Assembly (NCBI RefSeq): GCF_006345805.1
Contig: NC_043024.1
Location: 11,718,001 to 11,782,000, forward strand
From: Octopus sinensis
Taxonomy: Eukaryota
DNA: 64,000 nucleotides
Direction of reading: 5' to 3'
Every line of letters starts with the position of its first letter. Position 1 is the stretch's first letter. Below the pieces are notes generated by a model. It saw only the letters and a program-made list of their open reading frames with translations, had not been told where the DNA came from and made no database searches. The translations under genes were made by a program, and so were the position numbers. Of this stretch, positions 50,745-62,907 are shown one piece after another.

Positions 50745-53700
50745 CTATGTTTGACTTTTGCTTTATATTTGTACAAGTTGGCTCCAAGTCTCACCCAGAG
50801 ACCTCAAGAGACAACAGGGTTGGAAGTTCATGTTGTTGTTATGCCTAGTGTGCCATATATTTGGGGGGTGGGGATGTTGTACTAATGAATGTCTAAAAAA
50901 AAAGTTTTTTTTTTTTTTTTTTTTTAAAACCGAAAATTATGTTTGTTTTAAACCTTGAGATTACATAGAGAGTATTTTGCGTAGGATATGAGCAGTTCCC
51001 ATGAGCACTATCTTTTGAACTTCTGCCATTTTGGGGTTTCCTGGTATCTGAGTTAGGTAGCTATCAGCCCCTTTTGCTATCATTCCCAGGGCACCTATGA
51101 CAACAGGTATTGTTTTAGTCTTCAGCTTCCACATTTTGCTGATTTCTATTTCAAGATCTTTATATTTGCTCAGTTTTTGGTAGGTCTTGACAGATACGTT
51201 TATATCGATTGGGACAGTCATATCAATGAGAAGGCATGTTCTTTGTTTGAAGTTTTCAATATGATGTCTGGCCTATTTGCATCTATCTTCCTGTCAGTTT
51301 GAATGGTGAAGTTCCAGAGGAGTGAGATGTGGTCATTTTCAAGCACTGGGGGTGGTTGTGTTCCCACCAGTTTTTTTCATGGGGCAAATCCAGGTTTTTA
51401 CAGATTACCCAGTGAATATATTGTGCAGCTCTATCGTGCCTGTTGAGATACTCTGTAGGCGCTAGAAGACTGCACTTGGAGACCACATGGTCAATGGTTT
51501 CATTTTGTTGCTTGCATACACGACACGTTGGACTGCTTCTGATCTTTAATATGTTGGCCTGGTAGTTTCTTGTTGGTAGGCATTGATCTTGAGCTGCTAT
51601 GATAAACCCCTCTGTTTCAGATTTTAAGCCAGAGGCCATTAGCCATTGATGGGTCAGGGCTTTGTCGATATCTGCATTATTCGCTCTCTTTGGGTATTTG
51701 CCATAGAGAGGTTTTTCTTGCCATTTATTATTCAGAATATCTAAGGCCGCAGTTTTGGCACGGGTTTTCATGCGCCTAGCTTTTTCTGTGCTTGTTTCTT
51801 GTATGTCTATCTCTAATTCCGAAATTGGTTGTATTCGGAATTCACTTAGATATTCCTTTGCCTGTTTTGTGACTGAGTATGATGCTTTCTTGTTTTCATG
51901 TTTTGAGACAAGTTTTAACATCCAGTCCTCAGAGTTTTTCAGGTAGGTGTCTAGGCCAATTGTAGCAATCTTCATTGTTATTGCCAGTTGCAAAAGACCA
52001 CGGCCTCCCTCTTTCTTGGCAGATAGAGTCGTTCTGTATCTGCCTTAGGGTGGTGCATTCTATGCATTGTCAACAGTTTCCTTATTTTTCTGTCGAGCTG
52101 ACATATTTCAGTAATTGACCAGTTAACAATATTGAAACTGTAAGTCACGACTGGTATAGCTAATGCATTGATTGCTTCGATCCTGTTTCTTGCATTCAGC
52201 TCTGTCTTGAGTATTGCTCTCACTCTTCGATAGCATTCTCTCCTGATCCTTTCCTTCATCTCTGAATGCCTTATTCCGTTCCCTTCAATTATCCCTAGGT
52301 ACTTGTAGCTCTCCGCTGGGTCTAGTTCTTTTATGACATTCTGTTGGTCAAGGTTAACGTTAGATGTTTCTGTCATTTTTCCTTTGATAAAGGTAGCCTT
52401 TGCACATTTATCGAGGCCGAATTGCATTCTGATGTCGTCACTGAATTGTTTGACTATCGCTAGTAAGCCCTTGAGTTGTTGATCATTTTTTGCAAAAAGC
52501 TTTAAATCATCCATGTAAACGAGATGATTTATATTTTTATCAAACATTTTATACCCGTACTGCGCGTCATTGAGCAGCTTTGAGAGAGGTATTAAGGATA
52601 AACAAAAGAGGAGTGGTGACAGTGAGTCACCCTGGAAAATGCCACACGAAATTTTTACATCACCAGCATTTAGGGATTCACTGTCACTGTTCAGAGTTAG
52701 TGTGGTTCTCCATGATCTCATACTTACAGTCAAGAAGTTTCGCAGAGTTGGTGCTATCTTATACATTTCAAGGCATTTCCTAATCCAGCTATGTGGTAGG
52801 CTATCAAAAGCCTTTTTATAGTCTATCCAGGCTATTGATAAGTTTTTGTGTCGTTTGTGACAATCTTCTAAGATCATCTTATTGATGAGTAGTTGGTCTT
52901 TACAGCCGTAGGATCCACGTTTACATCCTTTCTGTTCATTAGGAAATATGCTGCTGTCTGTTAAAAAACTATAGGTATATTCCGTCAGGACAGATGTTAG
53001 TGTTTTGTACATAGTTGTTAAGCAGGTTATGGGTCTATAGTTTTTGGTTCATTTGTTTCTTCACTTTTTGGAAGCAGGAATGTTAACCCATTAACTAGCC
53101 AAGGAGGCATCCTACTAGGGTGTTGCAAAACATCATTGTACAGTTCTGTTAGCAGTTCATGGCTCTCTGGGAAGGCATTCAGCCAGAAGTTAGGAATTTT
53201 ATCCTTTCCTGGAGACTTCCATTTGCTTGACCTCCTGAGAGCAGATCTTATATCTTCTACCTTGACACCCTCCCACTTTTGCTCTTCTAAGGGGTCCAGT
53301 TCTGTAGATATTCTGTCAATCCAGGGGGCCTTTTCGTTGTGTGTTTTTTCTTCTGCCCAGATTTTATTCCAAAATCTCTGCACTTCTTCTTTTGATGGTA
53401 CAGACCCTGCAGTAAACGCTGTTTTTCCTATCTTCCTGTAAAAATTCTTGGTGTTATTTTTGAACATGTTGTTGTCCTTGAAAAATCTAACACGCTTTTC
53501 ATACCTCGCTATGCGGGCAGCTTTGGCAGATACCTTTTGTTTGATGGTTTCTATGGTGGCATCAATATCAAGTATAGTTTTCATATTGTATTTTTTCAGT
53601 AATTTTTGGGTTTTTGTAGGTTTGGTAGTCTTGTGAGCCTTAAGGTTTTTCAAATATTCAATGTCAGATCTAAATATTTTAATTTGTTGTTGCAGACGCT

Positions 53701-55702
53701 CTTGCCAAGAAGGCTTTTTGTGGGACTGTTGCCGTTTTCTAATCTTTACACCACATAGGATCGTTGAGATTTTCGCGGATGCATAGTATAGGTGGTTGAG
53801 GTTTGTGATATCAACATCATTAACTGAAATTATATCCTTAAGTGCAAGCCGGATTTTACCAATTATTTTCATGTTTTGGTTAGAGTTGCGGATTTTAGGA
53901 AGTGTATCACGCTCATCCATGCTGGTTTCTTTAATTTTCAGCCATTCAATCATGATTTGATTTTTTAGCTCATGTAGTTCTGTTGGGTCAATATTTGTGT
54001 GACTTTCTTTATCTATTTGATGCTCATCTGTCTTAGTGTTTATGATTGGTTCAGGGCGTATTTCACTTTGCCTATCACTTATACTAACTCTTTCAATCCT
54101 CTCTTCGTTTTTATCCGCCCTGGGCTGGTCTATAATCATTCCTCTGTATTATCTTCTCTAGCTGCAGCTTCGTTCATTTTATCCGATATTGCTTGTCTAA
54201 CCTGATCAATCTCTACTTCAGTCAGTAATTTCTTTTTTATAATGTTTCTTCTAACATTGGCAAGCTTGTTACTGTCTATGTAGGGTCTTACTTCAGGGTG
54301 TTTCTGTCTCCAGTTTAAGTATGCTTGTACAGTGCTAGACTTATCTGTGGGGAAATATATGGCATGGTAGAAGGCCTCAAGAACTTCTTTATTATCTTCC
54401 CTAGACCATTTTTCCTTCTTTTTCTTTTGATTATTTGGTGATGAGCATGGATGGCCATCTGTTGGAATATTCCGGTTGTGGGGTTCGTCCAGCTCCTGTG
54501 TGTTGGGAAGATTTGATCCAGTAACTGATTTTTCAATCAGGATTTGGTTCAATTTTCGGGTACGTGGTCTTTTGTAATCCGCGCAATGACCAATGCGGTT
54601 TATTGTTTGATTTGTTGACCTTGAAGCATGACGAGCATCCATTCTTATATTAGGAGATGGATCTGTCAGTTTAGGGTTCACTACATGTAAGCATTGCTCA
54701 TAGCGCCGCTTCTTAAGACTAGCAGATCTATATTCGTCTGTATTTTTTTTGTTGATAGTTTTATCTCCGGACATTTTTTTTTTTTTTCCTTTCCTCAAGG
54801 CTTACTGTGTCTGTATTAGTTCGAAATAATGAGAATAAAATACGGAGAAGGAAACGAAAAGAAAGGGAAAAGACGGGATCTGTCAGTTATTATTGTTATT
54901 ACTATCATCTTCACCACCATCACCATCATCAGCAACATCACCATCACCATCATCATCTTCAATGTGTAGCCACAGCCACCATCAACACTCCATTGTGTTG
55001 GAGAATGGGTGGTTAAAGAATTCATGTTCTTTGGGTCTATAAATAGCCACGGTAGATGGTGGAGACAAAGGACGTTAATGGTCAGTAAAAGGTCAAACCT
55101 GTTTACGTTTATTTATTTATTTATTTATTTTTTTTTTTCCTTTCTCTTTTCTTCTTCACCACATGCATATGTATATGTATATATATGTATATTCACTCAC
55201 ACATATTATCTGATGTTTTCGTCGAAGATTTTTTTTTTTTTTTTTTAATAACTTTCTGAGCTCAATGTTATGATTGATTGATTGATTGATTCTAGTTTCA
55301 GCTTATGAGCTGTGGCCATATTTTTAAATTTCTGAATTCAGTTGTATGTATATAGTAGTAGGTGCTTAATTCCATAACTTTTTATCGTGCATTTAATTGT
55401 GTTGTTACAATAAAAGGTAATTTAAAGGCATTTTACACATTCTTATAGTCATGAGAGACGACTAGATGTAAATGTTCGCACAGAATTGGAGATATTATGT
55501 TTCTAATTTTTTCTTGTTAGGTGTACGTTTGTATGAGCTGTAGATATGTAAGTTTTTTTTTTTTACTTATTTTGAGGGTAATTCAAATTACTTACAGTAA
55601 ACAGTAGATCTTCCAGTTTTCTACAGTTGACCTGCTGGGTTCGCTGTTGCCAGTTCAGAGCATCGTAAAAATACGTCCATCCTCTGTCACGTCCAGCCGC
55701 CC

Positions 55703-55703
<1 letters not shown>
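50745..55703 (-). mobile_element. Apparently full-length R4/Dong-type non-LTR retrotransposon (about 4.96 kb) inserted in (TAA)n
   Basis: (ATT)n on both sides, and the same site is uninterrupted in units A-C. A single frameshifted ORF carries RT and a restriction-like endonuclease. Confidence 0.85.
50961..54798 (-). CDS. Dong/R4 polyprotein (N-terminal domain, RT, CCHC finger, RLE), broken by several frameshifts
   Basis: Track ORFs 54136-54798 (KWSREDNKEVLEAFY..NKLANVRRNII), 53027-54139 (KSPGKDKIPNFWL), 51978-53012 (QGDSLSPLLF, YMDDLKL), 51283-51993 (CRVCKQQNETIDHVVSKC, RHD) and 50961-51221 (KYKDLEIEISKMW..IPVVIGALG). Confidence 0.85.
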
Positions 55704-55740
<37 letters not shown>

Positions 55741-55754
55741 TATTATTATTATTA

Positions 55755-55791
<37 letters not shown>

Positions 55792-56695
55792 CTCTTTTAC
55801 TTGTAGCACCGCCTATGCGCGAGCATATCGACCCCAGGACTTATTCTTTGTAAGCCTAGTACTTATTCTATCGGTCTCTTTTGCCGAGCTGCTATGTTAC
55901 GGGGACGTAAACACACTACCATCGGTTGGGGGGGGACAAACACAGACACACATATATACCACGGGCTTCTTTCAGTTTCCGTCTACCAAATCCACTCACA
56001 AGGCTTTGGTCGGCCCGAGGCTATAGTAGAAGACACTTGCCCAAGGTACCACGCAGTGGGACTGAACCCAGGACCTCGTGGTTCGTAAGCAAGCTACTTA
56101 CCACAGAGCCACTCCTGCGCCTATGCACACACACACACACACACAAATTTACAGGCTGCGAGCACATTTCTAATCGTAGACATGCATACAAAATAATTTT
56201 AATATACCACGATTCCTTCTTCAAACCCAAATGAGTCACTGATTTGTTATAATAAGTTGAAAGAAGATCTTTAAATATATATTTGTTGTGCAAGATTTTT
56301 TATGTGAAATCGTGTGTTGAAACAGATATTGTTGTATTTAGGAATGGTCATTTTGCCAGTTTAGTCAATAAAAACACACGCACTATATATATTTAGTGTT
56401 ACTTTGCTCCAGTGTTATTTAATTTTTACATTAATCTTAATCTTATTTCGGCCAGGGTTCTTTCGTCACACTCCTGTGACCGCATCAGTGGTGCTTTGCT
56501 TTCTTCTTTCTTATTTGTGTGTCTCTCTTTACTAACCGTCGGCTGACCATTCCGGAATAACAACAAATATCTTAAATATAATAATCCTTAAATATCTCCA
56601 CGTTCACTAACGTCTTAGATTAGCTCAACGATTCATTTGTATCAGCTACTAATTTCTGATCTATCTAATCGATATATTATTTTGATGTTATTCAG

Positions 56696-56812
56696 CTGAG
56701 GGATGTGTCTATGACGGTCGTTCCTACGATGTCGGAGCAATGGTGAGTGACGATGCCACTGGGAGATGCTTTTGTGCAGGGAACCAACTTCTAAAATGCG
56801 AGAGCAATACAG
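56696..56812 (+). CDS. Exon 12, module AEGCVYDGRSYDVGAMVSDDATGRCFCAGNQLLKCESNT
   Basis: ttattcag / gtaagt, 117 bp, phase 1-1, open. Confidence 0.8.
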
Positions 56813-57249
56813 GTAAGTTTGTTTACTAAATCTGTATTTCTATGACGGTCGTTTCTACGTTGCCGGAGAAGACGAGTGACGATGCCTTTACGAGATGCTT
56901 TTGTGCAGGGAAAGAACTTATAAAATGCGAGAGGAAATAAGTAAGTTTGTTTACTAAATCTGTATTTCTTATATAAACGAAGCTTTTATTATGTGACACA
57001 ACGGATTCATTATCACTGTTATACAACTTTATTAACTGCTATTTATATGTGGGCTTCTGTACATTCTCCGTCTATGAAAATCAACAAATATAACTTCGGT
57101 CAACTGGAGTCACTTGAAGAATATATTTGTTCAAGTCAGCGAGCAAAACCATCGAACAGAGAATCATGTGGTGGAAAGTGGAATTCTTAACCAAATGTCC
57201 ATATCTACACACACACACACACACACGCACACACACACAGACGCACACA

Positions 57250-57347
57250 CACGCTTTACTTTTCCCCTTTCTAGTTTCAGCTCGGGAGCTGTGGCCATGC
57301 TGGAGCATTGGTGTTTGTTTTGCTACACTTTCACTAAACCTCCATGC

Positions 57348-57405
<58 letters not shown>

Positions 57406-57801
57406 GCACACACACACACACACACACACGCTTTACTTTTCCCTTTTCTAGTTTCAGCTAGGGAGCTGTGGCCATGCTGGAGCATTGCCGTTTGCTTTGC
57501 TACACTTTCACTAAACCTCCATGCCTACACACACACACACACACACGCTTTACTTTTCCCTTTTCTAGTTTCAGCTCGGGAGCTGTGGCCATGCTGGAGC
57601 ATTGCCGTTTGCTTTGCTACACTTTCACTAAACCTCCATGCCTACACACAACACACACCACACACACACACACGCACACACACACACACACACACACAAC
57701 GCTTTACTTTTCCTTTTCTAGTTCAGCTAGGGAGCTGTGGCCATGCTGGAGCATTGCCGTTTGCTTTGCTACACTTTCACTAAACCTCCATGCCTACACA
57801 C

Positions 57802-57846
<45 letters not shown>

Positions 57847-59454
57847 TTACTTTTCCCTTTTCTAGTTTCAGCTCGGGAGCTGTGGCCATGCTGGAGCATT
57901 GCCGTTTGCTTTGCTACACTTTCACTAAACCTCCTCTGATGTGTGGAATTTGGTGAATGTGGGAGTTTGACGTCGTTGCCCTCATTTGCGTTTCTTGCCT
58001 CGAGGTTGGTTCACCCGGAACTCTTGACAGGAGGAGATACAGTTTAGTTTTGAAGACGCCTACCTCCTCCACCCCATGTAGGTCTCTCCGGCTTTCCGAG
58101 ACGATATTGAAGAGCCGTGGACCCTTGATACTGCTGTCGGGCCCAAGAAACGGCTGTTGCAATATCTGGTCCTCTATCCTGATGGCAATGTTAGGATTTT
58201 TAGTTCTAGGCAGTGGCACCCCGTTCTACTGTTAATGCAACTGACAGTGCTAAATTCTGGTACAAGCTCTAGGATTTTCCAGATGTATATCACTGCGTAT
58301 CTTTCTTGCCTTCGTTCTAAGAATTAGTGTCTTAACTTTTTCAGTCTTTCCCAGTGGCTGACATGTCGCCTTGAGATGGTACTTTTGTGTAGCTTGGCTG
58401 GTATGCTTCGAGTCCCGTCGTTAATTTTTCATTGTGCGGTGACCACAGTTGGACGCAGTAATCCAAACGAATGTATGTTCTCCAGAGGTCTATCACGATT
58501 ATTTGTTCTCTCGTTCTGAAAAATCGACCGTTTGCGTTTAGTTGGCATCGAGAGTTACACAAATGCTAGACCTGGGCGCCACTGCATGGTGCCAAGGATT
58601 CCAAATTTGCCATCAAGATGTAGGACAAGATACTGTGATAGCCTGGGCTCCAGAGGCCCACAGCTCTTCAATATCCTCCCGAAGAACTTGAGAGACCTGC
58701 ATGGGGTGGATGCAGATATCTTTAAAATAAAACTGGATCTCTTCCTGTCAGGTGTCCCAGATGAACCAACTTCACGGCAGGAGGTGCAGATGAGGGCAGC
58801 TGCATCGAACTCTCTCATGCACCAAATGGCAATTGCTAAAAAGCATTCGTGAAGTAAAATCATGTAGCAACACCAAATGGCGGTGCCCCAGCATGGCCAC
58901 AGCTCGTGAGCTGATGAACCAACTTCACGGCAGGAGGTGCAGATGAGGGCAGCTGCGTCGAACTCTCTCATGCACCAAATGGCAATTGCTAAAAAGCATT
59001 TGTGAAGTAAAATCATGTAGCAACACCAAATGGCGGTGCCCCAGCATGGCCACAGCTCGTGAGCTGAAACTAGATAAAATAAAATAAAATGAATAGTAAA
59101 ATACACATAGAAAGATGCCTTATTACTCGAGTCATTGACCAGGTTGTGCACTCCTTTTGATTCAGAGATTGCAATCCCTCCTGGGCCAGTGTATCCTGTC
59201 TGCTTTTCATTGAACTTCATGTGTTGGTAGCGCAAGGCTTCGAATTTTCCAACCATAAACTGCATTTTACTTTCCTTAGCACACCTACATATTGCGTTCA
59301 ACATCCATTTCAGATGCACTACGCCCCCAAGGTTCTGTGTCTTCTGAGAGAATTTTGTGTCGTCTGTGCAGCTAGCAAGGGTGCCTATCTGAACAGCTGA
59401 GGGCATGTCTGAGAGAGAGCCACTATGAATAGCAGTTGCCCTAAGGCAGTGCAC
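57250..59454 (-). mobile_element. Older, degenerate CR1-group LINE (RT region to 3' end) with six tandem tail+(CA)n units at about 57250-57935, interrupted by a younger copy
   Basis: Minus strand: ..DMPSAVQIGTLASCTDDTK (YADD relic), RLDYCVQLWSPH, GPRLFNI..RDLHGV..FKTKLYLLLSRVPGEPTSRQETQMRA, and tail gctcccgagctgaaactaga. Confidence 0.8.
58542..59092 (+). mobile_element. Young 5'-truncated CR1-group LINE with two tandem 153-bp 3' units (58762-58914, 58915-59067)
   Basis: Same family and same gagctga|tgaacc junction as the 19-kb array, in opposite orientation and with a different 5' truncation. Confidence 0.9.
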
Positions 59455-59538
59455 TGTGGAACACCATTAACGGTTTTGCCAACACGCCAACTTAACAAGA
59501 ACAACAACAACAAAAACAACAACAACAACAACAACAAC

Positions 59539-59606
<68 letters not shown>

Positions 59607-59608
<2 letters not shown>

Positions 59609-60162
59609 GCCCTGATGCAGTACCAGGCAGTGGCTCTCATGGCTTCTGATCTTAACTGATTGGAAGTGTTATCATGTACATTGTTTTGTCTTGGTTTAAA
59701 AGATGGGCTACAGCAAATATTCTGCTCAATACCACAGATTTGCTTGTCAGTTGTTTCACCTTAACCAGTTGAGCATGTCCCTTAGTGGCTGACGATATGT
59801 GCATCTCTGATCACGAGCAGAAGTAGTGGGGGAGCATCATAGCCATGTGTTGAGAAGGATTCTTTGGGGTTTGAATAATTCACCTCTGGAAACATGGGTG
59901 TTTCGTTCAACGTCCTTAAACAACCCTTATTCAGGACCTTTTGAGCGGGATGGGTTACTCGATCTGAAGAAAATTCTAACTGGGCTCCACCTGCAAGGTC
60001 ATGTGCTGTTTATCTTGATATGAGATCACCATGTCGCGCACATATGGTTGTGATGCATGTGCCTGGTGTACCCTTATCAGACGGGTAGTCATGAGGGGTA
60101 TACTGGGCTTCGTATATTTTACCCCAGTGTCACTTTGATGACATGAGCTGCTCTCATCACTC
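59607..60162 (+). mobile_element. About 555-bp non-coding element flanked by (TAA)n; second copy at 62908-63454
   Basis: Both copies start at ccctgatgcagtaccaggc and end at ...cactc. No convincing ORF. Confidence 0.75.
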
Positions 60163-60189
60163 AATAATAATAATAATAATAATAATAAT

Positions 60190-60593
60190 AAACTGAACAA
60201 ATATAAAGATCTTGAAATAGAAATCAGCAAAATGTGGAACCTGAAAACTAAAACAATACCTGTTGTCATAGGTGCCCTGGGAATGATAGCAAAAGGGGCT
60301 GATTGCTACCTAACTCAATACCAGGAAACCCAAAATGGCAGAAATTCAACGATAGTGCTCATGGGAACTGCTCATATCCTACGCAAATACTTTCTTTGTA
60401 ATCTCAAGTTTTAAAACAAACATAATTTTGTATGTTTTTTTTTAGACATTCACTAGTACAACCTAAATACAAAACCAAATATATGGCACACTAGGCATAA
60501 CACCAACATGAACTCCCAACCTGTTGTCTCTTGAGGTTGTCTCTGGTGAGACTTGGAGCCAACTTGTACAAATATAAAGCAAAAGTCAAACAT
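60190..60593 (+). mobile_element. 3' fragment of the same Dong family as 50745-55703, in (TAA)n
   Basis: KYKDLEIEISKMWNLKTKTIPVVIGALG and a matching 3' UTR ending caaaagtcaaacat. Confidence 0.85.
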
Positions 60594-60651
60594 AATAATA
60601 TAATAATAATATAATAATAATAATAATAATAATAATATAATAATAATAATA

Positions 60652-62642
60652 AGATCAACTAATGATTAATAAAGCCAAACTGAAGACAGCCACAGAAAGA
60701 AGAAAGGCCTCAGTATGGCCTGGATTGACTACAAAAAGGTGTTTGATAGCATCCCCCACACATGGATCCTCGAAACACTAGCCATTAACAAAGTAGCACC
60801 AACAATCATAAAATTCATAGAGCACTCTATGAATAAATGGCAAACAGTCCTACACCTCCAACAAAAGAGGGACTCATGAAAACCAAAGACATCCCCATTA
60901 GAAGAGGAAATTCCAGGAGACACGCTCTCTCCACTCTTTTCTGCTTGGCACTGTCACCTCTATCTGATATCTAAATAGAACTGGATGCGGATATAAATGT
61001 TACGGCAAAACGATCAGCCACCTTTTATATATGGATGACCTAACTATACGCTGCAAATGACAAACAGCTGGAACACTATTAAAGACAGTTCATGATTTCC
61101 CAAAGAAATAGATATGAAATTTGGATTAGAAAAATGCGCCAAAGTAACCATGAAAAGAGGAAAACTAGTTAAGAGTAGCACACACAACTAGATAAAACCA
61201 ATGAAAAAAGATTAGACCAAGCCAAACTTACAAATACTTAGGAATCCATGAACTAGATAAGACACAACCACACACAAATGAAAGAGAAAATAAAAAAGAA
61301 TATTATGACGAGTTAGATCAATACTAAACACAGAGCTCAATGCTAAAAACAGATAATAGGTATCAACACTTTAGCTGTCCAGTTATAAGTTACAGCTACA
61401 ATATCCTTACTGACACGAAATGAACTGACCAAAATAGATAGGAAAACAAGAAAAATAATGATAGAATCTAGGATGCATCAACCCAAAATCGACATAGAAA
61501 GACTATATATACAACGTATAGAAGGTGGTAGAGGCCTTATACAACTGGAAAACTACTATAAAATAACCACCATAGGACTGCAAAAATATCTACTTCAGAA
61601 GGAAGGAAAACTGATACGAATAGCGGCAAAACACGAGCAAACAAAAAACTGTTCTCAGTATTTAAGGAAGCTGACAAATACAAACAGAAATCATACCACC
61701 TAATAAATATGAAGAAGAAGAAGAAGAAGAAGATGAAGAAACAACAAAAGCTATTAAACAAATGAAATCCAAACTAAAAATAGAACAGCAACGAACCATG
61801 ATAAAACGATGGCAAGAAAAAGCCCTTCATGGTAAATACTGGACTAAACTAAACGCAAAAGAAATAGACAAAGAAAAATCCAGCAATGGTCGAGAAGCTC
61901 AGGACTCAAAGCAGAAACAGAAGGATTTTTAATTCAGCACAAGACCAAAGCCTCCCCACCAGAAATTACCAAAACATGTAATGAAAAGAAATATTACAAG
62001 TAACTGGACAAGAAACAATAAATCATTTATCTCTAGCTGCCAGTCCTGGCTAAGAAGGAATATATTCACAGACATGACAGAGTTGAACCTACATACATTG
62101 GAAGCTATGCCAACATTATGGAATAACAACAGAAAAAAGATGGTATAGGCACACACCAGAAAAGGTCACAGAAAACGAGAAGCAACCATACTCTGGGATA
62201 TGCCGATACACACAGATAGAGAAATTAAGGCCAACAGGCCGATATAGTTGTCAGAGATCATGAAGAAAAAATTCTTTCTAATTGATGTATCAATACCGGC
62301 AGATGACAACGTGTCTCTAAGAGAAATGGAGACACTCACAAAATACAAAGACCTGGAAATAGAGGTAACCAGATGTGGAATCTGAAAAAGAAACAATTCT
62401 ATCATAGTAGGTGCATTAGGCATGATAAAAAAATATTCAGACAAATACATAACAAAAACACCAGGACTTACAACACATATAACATACAGAAAATTTCACT
62501 ACTAGCACTGCACACATCCTACGCAGAACACTTTCCATACAATAACCATCAGAGCATCACAACAAATCACAACACATACCCCAGGCACACAGAGCTGCGC
62601 TCGGTAGTGAAGTGAAAGCACGCTATAAAAATAAAACTACTG
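60652..62642 (+). mobile_element. 5'-truncated second Dong/R4 subfamily (RT to RLE), many indels, in (TAA)n
   Basis: DQLMINKA, WIDYKKVFDSIPH, YMDDL, MHQPKIDIERLYIQRIEGGRGLIQL, HRHD, KYKDLEIEVTR.W. Confidence 0.8.
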
Positions 62643-62855
62643 AATAATAATAATAATATATAATAATAATAATAAAAAATAATAATAATAATAATCAGAA
62701 CGTAACGGCAGACGAAATACCGCTAGGCATTTCGCCCGGCGTGCTAACGATTCTGCCAGCTCGCCGCCTTCCTTTCTACTAAAGGCAAAGGGCCTGAAAT
62801 TTTGGAGGAGGGGCAAACCGATTACATCAACCCCAGTAGTCGTCTTAATAATAAC

Positions 62856-62892
<37 letters not shown>

Positions 62893-62907
62893 TAATAATA
62901 TAATAAC

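Larger units (their letters stand above)
42956..57935 (+). repeat. Four tandem segmental duplicates, one coding exon each: A 42956-45209, B 45210-47915, C 47916-50557, D 50558-50744 plus 55704 to about 57935
   Basis: Same order in each unit: AT-rich block, (ATT)n, SINE, repeat, exon, CR1 tail with (CA)n. Unit D is split by a Dong LINE. Confidence 0.9.

Noticed and set aside
55600-55703. HDV-like ribozyme at the Dong 5' end (GGGCGGC start, GCUGG/CCAGC pairing, GCGAAC)
   Set aside because: No P1 3' strand or P3/L3 with the CC needed for P1.1 could be found by eye; only a simple hairpin is supported. A covariance search would be needed to revisit this.
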